A stretch of 64,000 bases of DNA from Macrostomum lignano (lineage: Eukaryota), in contig NIVC01000839.1 of NCBI GenBank assembly GCA_002269645.1, forward strand, positions 310,001 to 374,000. Reading direction: 5' to 3'. Numbering within the stretch: the first letter of the stretch is position 1; every line of letters begins with the position of its first letter. The translations under genes and the position numbers were made by a program. Shown here piece after piece: positions 23,501-33,700 of the stretch. The notes under the pieces are model-generated. The model did not search any database. It saw nothing but the letters and a program-made list of their open reading frames with translations, and had not been told where the DNA came from.

Positions 23501-26500
23501 GAATCCCCTTGCTCCTTCACTAGGATAATTCTCCCCACTCCCGAATCCCCTTGCTCATTCACTGTGATAATTCTCCCCACTCCCGAACCCCCTTGCTCAT
23601 TCACTAGGATAATTCTCCCCACTTCCAAATTCCATTGCTCATTCACTAGGATAATTCTCCCCACTCCCGAATCCCCAGGCCGAGCTGCTCCGCTGCCAGG
23701 ACCTGTACAAGCAGAAGCGGGAGAAAGTATCCGAGCTGCAGAAGGAGCTCATCCAGCTGAAGAAGTCCAGCCACGAGTCCCGTCTGCGCTGCGAACGGGC
23801 CGAACTCGCTTTGAATGATCAGCGCGAGCAGTCCGTTGCCATGGAGACAAGAATTCGCTCTGAGGCGCAGAAGCAGCAGGAGGAAGTGGTGGCTGCGGCA
23901 GTGGCAAAGCTCAAAGCAGAGGAGGAACAACTGCGGAAACAGCTGGCTGCGGCTGAGGAACGTGCGGCCGAGGTGAGTTTAGCAGTTGTGTGTCTGCCGA
24001 TATGTATCGAAACTTGAATTAAATGTAGAAGTGAGATGTGGGTACAGAAATCAATGCCCCAAGTAGTCACTAGCAAGTAAATCCATGCGCCTTCTTGTCT
24101 CACCCCTGGACTCTCATCTCATCCCAATTACACTTCGAAACTCCTAACTCTCGTATCTCAAAACCGTCTCACTCCGATCTCACCCCATATTTTCTCATCG
24201 CTATCTTCAATTTCACCTCCATCTTCACCCATCTCACCCCAATCTGACAACCATTTCACCTCATCTCACCCCATCTTCCCCCAACCTCCACCAATCTCAC
24301 CCAATCTCACCCAAAACTCACCCCCCTCTCACCCTATCTCACCCCATCTCACCCAATCTCACCCATCTCACCCAATGTCACCCTCATCTCACCCTCATCT
24401 CACCCAATCTCACCCTCATCTCACCCAATCTCACCCTCATCTCACCCAATCTCACCCTCATCTCACCCAACCTCACCCTCATCTCACCCAATCTCACCCT
24501 CATCTCACCCAATCTCACCCTCAGCTAGAGTCGCGGCTGTCCTCAGTCCAGTCAGAGCTGTCCCAGTCATCAGAGGCGCAGCGCAGTCTGTCAGCTCAGT
24601 GCGAGCAGCTCCAGTCGGAGTTCGCAGCCGCCTGGGACCGAGCAGAGCAGGACAAGGCGGCCGAATTCGAGCGGATCCAGCGCACCTGTCAGGCGCACTT
24701 CGATCTCTGCCGGGAGAAAATGCGCGAAGAGCTGCTGGCAGGCTTCGCCGAGGAGCGTCGGGCCGCCAGCGAGCGATACGAAGCTCGACTGGCCGAGGCT
24801 CAGGCTGTGGCTGCCCAGCTGGGCCAGGAGAGGCGGCAGCTGGAAGCTCAACTTGATGAAGCGTCTCGGAAGCCGCAGACTGCGAATTGCGCAATCCGGG
24901 ACCGACGACCGGCTGCCTGCCAGACTGATGGCAGGGCGGAGGAGAGGGCGGAGACAGCGGATGCTGCTGTTCAGGTGGGATTCTGGGGATCTGGTATTTT
25001 GATAGTGTGGGATTTCTGAGATTCTGGGGTTTTGATGGTGTGGGATTTCTGAGATTCTGGGGTTTTGATGGTGTGGGATTTCTGAGATTCTGGGGTTTTG
25101 ATGGTGTGGGATTTCTGAGATTCTGGGGTTTTGATGGTGTGGGATTTCTGAGATTCTGGGGTTTTGATGGTGTGGGATTTCTGAGATTCTGGGGTTTTGA
25201 TGGTGTGGGATTTCTGAGATTCTGGGGTTTTAATGGTGTGGGATTTCTGAGATTCTGGGGTTTTGATGGTGTGGAATGTCTGTGATTGTGATGGTGTGGT
25301 GTAGTCTACACTGTGTTCCAACTTATTATGCAAATCAGTTTTTTTTAAATAATTTTTTCATGAAGCAGCAAAAGTCATATTTTTTTAGCAGGAAATGTAT
25401 TTCGTAACAATAAGACTAACCACCAAAACTGAATGAAATTGAACGCGTATTTTCAAAATGATAATCAAAAATAGACTTTTCTGCTGTTCCAGATAATTAT
25501 GCAACTAGGAATAAAACATCGTCAGCATGAAATATTGATTGAAAATCGGAGAGTTTAGTCTCCCAAGCAGCAACACACAATTAATAGTTAATGCGGGCAC
25601 CCTTCACTTGCAATATTTTTACCAAGCGACTGTCCATCGATGATGTCAGCTTCTTTACATGTGATTTAGGTATCTTGGACACTTCAGCTTGCACAGCAGC
25701 CCACAGATCATGCTTGGAATGATACTGCTTACCATTGCTGTGCAAGCTACGCTTCAAAATGCTCCAAAGATTTTCAATTGGATTCAAATCCGGAGAATTC
25801 GAAGGCCAATCCATCAGCTTGTCGTCCTTGAACCCGAGGTCATTCAAGAAATTGGTCGTCAGCTTCGCAGCATGGGAGGGAGCATTGTCCTGCATGAAAG
25901 TCAGCTTCTTTCGGCGAGCTGCTGGCTGGCGTCGCAGCCAGGGAACAAAATTCAGCTGCAGCAACTGACGGTAAGCTTCACCCGTGACCTTGACGCCATC
26001 AGGAACACGGAATGGGCCAATGATGGTGTCGTTGACAATGCCAGCCCAGATCATGATGCCTCCACCGCCTTGCTGACGCCTCACGCGCTGCCCTGACACC
26101 TCGTCTCCAACCATCCAGCCTCTGGCCCAGCCATCAGGCCCATCCAAAGTGGCCCTGGTCTCATCTGTAAAAATGACTGAACTGAAGTCAGCCTTCAAAT
26201 ACTTCTGCGCCCAGCTGAGGCGCAGCTGGCGATGGCGAGAGGTCAGCATCGGCTTGGCGACAGCCTTGCGGCATTGAGCGATGGATGCAAGAGTGCGGCA
26301 CCGCGTAGTTCTTGGCACATGGCCAAGATCCACTTGCTCAAAGATGAACTTGCTGGTGGCCAATGGATGTTTAAGGATTTCTCTTTTGATTTCTCGAAGT
26401 TTTCGATTCGAAATGCCTCGAACACTAGTTTTGCGAGTCCGCTGCCTTGATTTGGTGACATCAGCCAAGAATTTCTTTACTGTACGATGATCTCTGCCAA

Positions 26501-28187
26501 GCTGCTTGGAGATAGACAAAGTAGTTTGGCCAGTTGCCAAAAGTTGCCCGATTTGAGATTTTTCCTTATCGGAGAGATCCTGGCGCTTGCCCATGGTTGA
26601 TACACACAGAAAATTGTGAGAGAAATTCAGCTGCAGAACCACACAGTGAAATTCTGTGGCTTGCATAATAAGTTGGAACAGTGTAGCAGCTGTGTTGCGC
26701 AATGAAAGTTTGTTGGCACGTGCTAGCAAGAAGTTTAGTGATTGGCAGAGCTGCACAGAGTGTGTACTAGCTTGATGTACACCTGACACAAGCAGCAAGT
26801 CGCTGCGATCAATAATTTTGAAAATATTCAATTTATCTCTCTTTGTTTAATATCTTGGAACGCAGTGTATGATTCTGTTGGGGTGGCATTTCTAGGAATT
26901 CCGATTTGTCATCTGGGTTCTTCAGCGCCAACCCCGCTTGATCCCGCAGGCCTCTCAGCAGCAGCCTCCCGAACTCAGTCTGACAGTCGCGGACCCTCTA
27001 GCCGAGCAGGAGACTGAGCTGGGCCGCCGCCTCCAGCAGTGCTACCTGGCTGCCATCAGCCGCATCCGGGACGAAGTGGTTGGTCACGTGACCGACAATC
27101 AGGAGCGCGCTGAGCGGCGCCTTCGCCGGTCGCAGCGAAGCCTGTGCGCCAGATTTGTTCTGCACCTTCGCCGGGACATTGAGGAGAAGTTCAGCTGCCC
27201 GGATGCTGAGCTCAGCGTTGACTCCGTGCTGCAGGTAGCCGCTCGCTACTGTCAGTAGTGCAGTTAATAAATAATCAGCCACTCGCTACTGTCAGTAGTG
27301 CAGTTAATAAATAATCAGCCACTCGCTACTGTCAGTAGTGCAGTTAATAATCAATCAGCCACTCACTACTGTCAGTAGTGCAGTTAATAAATAATCAGCC
27401 ACTCGCTACTGTCAGTAGTGCAGTTAATAAATAATCAGCCACTCGCTACTGTCAGTAGTGCAGTTAATAAATAATCAGCCACTCGCTACTGTCAGTAGTG
27501 CAGTTAATAAATAATCAGCCACTCGCTACTGTCAGTAGTGCAGTTAATAACTAATCAGCCACTCGCTACTGTCAGTAGTGCAGTTAATAAATAATCAGCC
27601 ACTCGCTACTGTCAGTAGTGCAGTTAATAAATAATCAGCCACTCGCTACTGTCAGTAGTGCAGTTAATAAATAATCAGCCACTCGCTACTGTCAGTAGTG
27701 CAGTTAATAAATAATCAGCCACTCGCTACTGTCAGTAGTGCAGTTAATAATCAATCAGCCACTCACTACTGTCAGTAGTGCAGTTAATAACTAATCAGCC
27801 ACTCACTACTGTCAGTAGTGCAGTTAATAAATAATCAGCCACTCGCTACTGTCAGTAGTGCAGTTAGTATTTGTGTTCCGCATCAGCCATTCAGAACCCC
27901 TGCTCGCCCTCCAGCTGCTCAACCAGTCGCTCAACCGCACGATGCGTCTCTCGCTGCCATCAGCTTCGCATTTGCGTCGCTCTGCCGCCACAGGCGACCT
28001 TCCCGACAATGACGGCGACTCGACGCCGACCGCCTCCGCTAGCGGCCTGTCGACGCCGCCTGTTCAGCAGCGGCCGCTGCCCCCGCCGCCGCCCGTGGCT
28101 CCGCGGTCCTCGCAAGCGTCGAGGCGGCCAGCGGCCACCACGTCGACGCCAGCCGAGAAGGACGCCGGCGGAGGTGCCGCTCTCTGA
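17557..28187 (+). CDS. CEP152: Centrosomal protein CEP152/asterless-like; exons 17557-18240, 20020-20230, 20307-20429, 20579-20755, 22124-22651, 23679-23972, 24525-24974, 26926-27234, ~27915-28187
   Basis: Acidic N-terminus then long coiled coils. IGRVRDQQENFIQSLRNKKDEE, LHEAQQRCQDLL..MNSALQEEIADLREQLAMYE and DKAAEFERIQRTCQAH match CEP152 blocks as recalled. All introns phase 0; first donor (GTCCGT) and last acceptor are less certain. Confidence 0.78.
18275..20030. repeat. ~28-bp minisatellite (TTCCAGCATCCTTCATCAGTGATGTCTG)n with a 235-bp higher-order duplication, CEP152 intron 1
   Basis: Near-identical ORFs at 18496 and 18731 give the 235-bp offset. Confidence 0.95.
20840..22075. repeat. 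36-bp minisatellite (CATAGCTACGGTATTCCTTATTGTCCTGGGATTCCC)n, CEP152 intron 4
   Basis: 12-aa repeat ORFs; a sequence-variant gradient runs along the array. Confidence 0.95.
22660..23678. repeat. ~41-bp minisatellite spanning CEP152 intron 5 from donor to acceptor, interrupted by a TIR element
   Basis: GGATAATTCTCCCCACTCCCGAATCCCCTTGCTCATTCACT units at both intron ends. Confidence 0.85.
22723..23454. mobile_element. EnSpm/CACTA-like non-autonomous element (~730 bp) with internal GTGTCGG(GCA/ATGA) array
   Basis: TIR CCCGG(T/C)GTAAAATGG; 2-bp TSD TC, and removing the element restores CCCCACTCCCGAATCC; GACACT/AGTGTC subterminal repeats are inverted. Family assignment is inference. Confidence 0.7.
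24230..24524. repeat. 21-bp minisatellite (CTCACCCAATCTCACCCTCAT)n ending at the acceptor of CEP152 intron 6
   Basis: Last unit ends CTCAG instead of CTCAT. Confidence 0.9.
24975..25290. repeat. 33-bp minisatellite (GTGGGATTTCTGAGATTCTGGGGTTTTGATGGT)n starting at the donor of CEP152 intron 7
   Basis: About 9 units. Confidence 0.93.
25309..26867 (-). mobile_element. Full-length Tc1-like DNA transposon, DD37E (TRT-type), 1559 bp
   Basis: TA TSDs at 25307-25308 and 26868-26869; termini CACTGTGTTCCAA / TTGGAACGCAGTG; inner repeat copies near 25485 and 26662; intact ORF. Confidence 0.93.
25581..26594 (-). CDS. Tc1-family transposase, 337 aa
   Basis: MGKRQDLS.. HTH; FTDETRAT, MQDNAPSH and DLNPIENLW give a DDE triad with 37 residues between the second D and E. 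Confidence 0.93.
   Translation of the reverse strand: MGKRQDLSDKEKSQIGQLLATGQTTLSISKQLGRDHRTVKKFLADVTKSRQRTRKTSVRGISNRKLREIKREILKHPLATSKFIFEQVDLGHVPRTTRCRTLASIAQCRKAVAKPMLTSRHRQLRLSWAQKYLKADFSSVIFTDETRATLDGPDGWARGWMVGDEVSGQRVRRQQGGGGIMIWAGIVNDTIIGPFRVPDGVKVTGEAYRQLLQLNFVPWLRRQPAARRKKLTFMQDNAPSHAAKLTTNFLNDLGFKDDKLMDWPSNSPDLNPIENLWSILKRSLHSNGKQYHSKHDLWAAVQAEVSKIPKSHVKKLTSSMDSRLVKILQVKGARINY
27235..27865. repeat. 40-bp minisatellite (CAGCCACTCGCTACTGTCAGTAGTGCAGTTAATAAATAAT)n, CEP152 intron 8
   Basis: About 15 near-identical units starting at the donor; each holds a CTACTG-T-CAGTAG palindrome. Confidence 0.96.
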
Positions 28188-29539
28188 AGAAAGTACTTTA
28201 ATGCTATGTACTTTTTCACAGCAGTCTTAGACCAGCCTATTTAAAGTACACGCGATGTACTTTACTAGTTCCTAGTAATTGATTTACTGCCTACCAGTTC
28301 TGTAAAAATAATGCACGTCTTAAAAGTCCAGACCAAATGTACTTTTATTGTACTTAAAGGTACATCGAATGTACTTTATAATTTTGTAGGATGTACTTTA
28401 TAGCCACACAAAGCCATGAACTCATTTTGTTAAACTATTTTCAATCTGCGCGGGTTCGCAGCATTCCAGAATTCTCCCTTATTGGCTCGCATTTAAGTCC
28501 CCAATGCAGGCAGCCCGTAGCAACTAAACTATGCAACTATAGACAGTCCGTTCCGTCCCAATATCGTCTTTAATCTGTGCAGCTCACAGGGGGGGACACT
28601 CAAGGACTCAAAACTGACTGATTATTTTTGTATTTTGTATTTTGCAGCACCGCCTTTGCCTGCTGGCAGCTTCATAGTATGCAACAAGTGCTTATTTAAG
28701 GTGCAAACTCAATACATTTACCTGTGTATAGGGCTGAGCTGAGTCAACAGACTCGGTGCCTGAAAACTCAGAATTGCTGTTTTAGTTGTGTCTTCAGTCT
28801 GTGTGTTATTTTATCGGATGAGACTTGTTAGACATTTTCAGACAACGCAGGCACACACTCACACAGGAGTGTACAGCGGCCATAACATTATTTATCGTTA
28901 GGCATGTACACTTCACTGTGCCTTGGGGGTTGGCCCTAAAAGGCGTTAACTGCACGAGCAGAGCCAAGCCGAGATTCCAATTCAGCCCCAAATCAATGTG
29001 ACTGCACTAAGCTACGGTCCTCTTCATCAGATTTCATCAGCCACCTATCTCAGGTGTAATTTCTGCCCAGCAACCAGTATAGTCCAGTCGATATTCGAGT
29101 CATGGCAGCTGTCCTGCCGTTCACTTGCACACCAGACTGTGTGGCCCAGACCTCTGCGCAGCTGCCCGTCATCTTCCTGCCATCCAGTGTGAAGACCTAA
29201 GCAGCGACTTACTTAAGACATAAGAACAGCCCGTCAGCTCCTCGGAATTTCAAATCGATTTTACTCAGTCTGCAGAAATTTAGTAGATTGAGCACTACTC
29301 GCAGATGGTGGCAACCTATCAGAAAGTGTTCAATGCGAGCGTGGCATTGCATTGGGATTCAGCAAATCTCGCTGCCCCGAGTAGCTCTGCCAGCTGCGTG
29401 CACGTCCCAGACCCCGACCGTCTCGATAGCTTGCCGGAGTCCGACCTTGAGGTTGAGTGATTTGGGCTCCGGCTGTCTTCGATGGCCATTGCTGCGGGTG
29501 AAGCTGAGGATGGGGCTGTATTGGAAGAGGGGATGTCAA

Positions 29540-29875
29540 GTGTGGGGAATGAGAAGTGTGGGGGTTCAGAAGTGTGGGGTTTCGGAAGTGTGGGGGTTCG
29601 GAAGTGTGGGGGTTCGGGAGTGTGGAGGTGGGAAGTGTGGGGGTTGGGAAGTGTGGGGTGGGAAGTTTGGGGGTTCGGAAGTGTGGGGGTTCGGGAGTGT
29701 GGGAGTGGGAAGTGTGGGGGTTCGGAAGTGTGGGGGTGGGAAGTGTGGGGGTTCGGATCAAGTGTGGGGTTCGGCAGTGTGGGGGGTGGGAAGTGTAGGA
29801 GTGGGAAGTGTGGGGATGTGTAGTGTGGGGAATGGAAGTGTGGGGTGGGAAGTGTTTGGGATGGGAAGTGTGGGA
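29540..29875. repeat. G-rich repeat (GGAAGTGTGGGGGTTC-like)
   Basis: Degenerate tandem units with many G runs. Confidence 0.85.
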
Positions 29876-30319
29876 AGAAACTAATAGAGAAAGCCTTACG
29901 TCTTTAACTCTTTTTCAGCGTTTTTTGTAGAATAGACGATTAGGAATTAAATAAATAGTTTTGAAGTTTATATTTGAAGTTGTCACCGTTTGCAATACAA
30001 AAGATTGTGTGCCGATCTTATTCGCGAATAATTCTATCATACAACCAAATAATGACAGTAGTACTGTGTGGTAGAGTTAAAGAATTCAGATCAGAATTTG
30101 TGAATAAAATTTGTTACACTGATATAATATTTTCTAAAAAGTAAGAGTTTGTTTTCAAGTTTTTTTAAAGACAATTTTGCGCGGGGGATTCGAATGATTT
30201 ATAGTGGCTTAGCAACACGTAGCTACTGAAAGTAACTAAAGATCAAATAAGAATATACGATTGTCCACATCCAGTTGTTTAACAGTCAATATTCAGTTAC
30301 ATGCATCATGTTACTACCC

Positions 30320-30690
30320 CGTTGCTATGCCTTATTATGCCGTTGCTATGCCTTTAGTATGGTGTTGCTATGTCTTTAGTATGCTGTTGCTATGCTGTTT
30401 CTATGCTGTTGCTATGCTGTTTCTATGCTGTTGCTATGCTGTTTCTGTGCCGTTGCTATGCTGTTTCTATGCTGTTTCTATGCTGTTGCTATGCTGTTGC
30501 TATGCTGTTTCTGTGCCGTTGCTATGCTGTTTCTATGCTGTTGCTATGCTGTTTCTATGCTGTTGCTATGCTGCTTCTATGCTGTTGCTATGTCTTTAGT
30601 ATGCTGTTGCTATGCTGTTGCTATGCTGTTGCTACGCCGTTGCTATGCTGTTTCTATGCTGTTGCTACGCCGTTGCTATGCTGTTGCTAT
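30320..30690. repeat. (TGCTATGCTGTT)-like simple repeat just 3' of ZNFX1
   Basis: Tandem low-complexity units. Confidence 0.85.
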
Positions 30691-30772
30691 GATTATACCA
30701 TAATGAACCTATGTCTATCCAGTCACCTGTCACCAAGTTATCGAACTCCCGGTCTCCAGCCGCAGCTCCTCA

Positions 30773-33700
30773 TCAGTCGTACAGCTGCAGATTCCCCATC
30801 ATCTGATTGGCAGCCTCAGACCAGGCCGGATGCTCCGAGCCGTCCATCTCAGGCGCGTGCGCATTGCCAGCGGCCAGCTGGTGATTCTCTCCGCCAATCG
30901 TGGCTCCGCACTCCGGACACGCAGCCACCTCATTGGCTCCGCCACAGTCGCCGATGGCGTACACGTGACCCCGGGGACACTTGAACCAGTGCCCGCTGGG
31001 CAGCTGCATCGCCTTGACTATCATCTGCCGTTCTAGTCGGGTGACTCGAACCACGGACTTCACCAGCTCGTTGATCTGGTCGGCAATTTCGGTGGCGAGC
31101 TTCTGTCGAGTTTCGTTGAACCTTGAGCCGTCAGTCAGAGCTTTGAGCAGTTTGTCCAGCTTCTCCATCGCTTTGTCAGCCGCCTGCTGAGTCTCTTCAT
31201 CTAGGCCCGTGCAGCCTCTTAGCTGGTGATGCAGATGAGCGAAGTGGGCCAGAGCCTGCGAATTGAAAGTACATGTTGAACTTTTAAAAATAGTGGCCGT
31301 TTTAACTTAGTTCGCTCGGTTTTTCCATCGCGGTGGCGTTGGTTGAGCATATGGTGAAGGCTCAAGCTTGTGAAGAAGTTTCGAGCTTGTAAAGAAGTTT
31401 CGAGCTTGTGAAGAAGTTTCGAGCTTGTAAAGAAGTTTCGAGCTTGTGAAGAAGTTTCGAGCTTGTAAAGAAATTTTCGAGCTTGTGAATGTTCCAATCA
31501 GGCATACTCCAATAATGTTCCCTAAGTTACCCTCAGCCGGAACAGCTCGTCTTCAGCCTGTTGCACCGAGTACTCGCTCAGCGGCTGGGTAGCCTCGAGC
31601 CAGCTCAGGAGCCGGATCGAGTCGATGCTCATGCGGATGCTGGCGAACTCAAGCGGGCGAGTTCGTTGCAGCTGCGGCAAGTCGTTGAAATCCGCTGTCT
31701 CGGGATGACGAACGGGTTGCGCGTTGACCTCCTTGAACCAGTCGGTTGAGCTGATTTTGCTGAGCTGCTGAAGGAGCTGCGTGAGCAGCTGCAGGCGTCT
31801 AAGCTCTTGGAGTTGGGCCGCTTCGCCGTATCGCTCCTTCTTGTAGCTCATGCCGCATCTGAGGAAGCTGGGGATATAGAGGTTTGGAGGCACTGGCTTG
31901 TACTCGTAGACAAACAGACACAGACTGAAGGACACTAGACACTGGATGATAAAAAACTAAGACACTGGACACTAAGACACCCGACGCTAAAACACCGAAC
32001 ACTAAGACACCAGCCACTGAGACACCGGACACTAAGACACCAGAAACTGAGACACCGGACACTAGGACACCAGCCACTGAGACACCGGACAACAAGACAC
32101 CAGTTACTGAGACACTGGACACTAAGACACCCGACGCTAAAACACCGAACACTAAGACACCAGAAACTGAGACACCGGACAACAAGACACCAGTTACTGA
32201 GACACCGGACACTAAGACACCGGACAACAAGACACCAGACACTGAGACACCGGACACTAAGACACTGGACAACAAGACACCGGACACTAAGACACCAGCC
32301 ACTGAGACACCGGACAACAAGACACCAGTTACTGAGACACCGGACACTAAGACACCGGACAACAAGACACCAGACACTGAGACACCGGACACTAAGACAC
32401 TGGACAACAAGACACCGGACACTAAGACACCAGCCACTGAGACACCGGACACTAAGACACCGGACAACAAGACACCAGCCACTGAGACACCGGACACTAA
32501 GACACCGGACAACAAGACACCAGCCACTGAGACACCAGAAACTAAGACACCGGACAACAAGACACCAGCCACTGTCCACTGAGACACCAGAAACTAAGAC
32601 ACCGGACAACAAGACACCAGCCACTGAGACACCGGAAACAAAGACACCAGACAACAAGACACCAGACACTGAGACACCAGAATCTAAGACACCGGACACG
32701 AAGACACCAGAAACTAAGAGGCCGGACACTAAGACACCAGAAACTAACCGGACACGAATGTAAGACACCAGAAACTAACCGAACACTAAGACACCGGACA
32801 CTGAGACGCCGGACGCGAAGGCGCCAGACACTAAGACACCGGACACTAAGACACTGGACACTAAGACACCAGAAAATAAGACACCGGACACAAAGACACC
32901 AGAAACTAAGAGGCCGGACGCTAAGATGCCCGATACTAAGATGCCGGACACTAAGACACCAGAAACTCAGACACCGAAGCCGAACATTAAGACACTAAAA
33001 GCTAAGACGCCGGACACTACGGCCACGAGACACTGGCGCACAAACAAACAGACAAGCTGATATTCTCACCGATTCAGCTCATTTTTTCTCAGCGAGTGCG
33101 CCATCCAGTTAGCGAACTCGGTGCTCGCCGCTAACACCTCGGCATCGCTGAGCATCTTCTCTCGCTCAGCCTCCACGGTGCTGGGCAGGCCGCGCAGGGC
33201 AGTTCTCAAGTCCAGCTGTTGCTGGGCAATTCGATCCCTAACCTGCTCGATGTCGGCCTCAACGTCGGCAACCTCTCGCCTGTAGCGCTGACAGGAGGCT
33301 CGCATGATTGGCGTCTTGCATAGCGGGCAGAGCTTGCGCACGATTTCGTTCTGCGGCGATGGAGTCTTCATCCAGTGGTCGAGTCCGGTCACCTGCGAGA
33401 ATCGACATTTATAACGTCTTTATAACCATCATACAGGGTCGATCATGGACGGAACTGGAAGAGAGCGAACACTTAGTTCCACTCCTTGTGCGGCAAAGTC
33501 ATACTGGCAGGTTTATCAACTCCTAAGGCACGAGGCCTGTGTGGAATCCAGCTTCTATGGCAGGGGTCGGTAACATTTGAAACTTCACAATAGCAATCCG
33601 ATCTCTCAGAGTTTGTGCCTCTTCTCAGCTCTCTTCTCTGACCTCCTCTGTCTCTTTTTCTCTCCTTTTTCTCTTCTCTTCTCCCGATCTCCTCTCTTCT

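Noticed and set aside
26595-26831. 79-aa N-terminal extension of the transposase ORF
   Set aside because: It lies in the terminal repeat region; homology begins at MGKRQDLS (26594).
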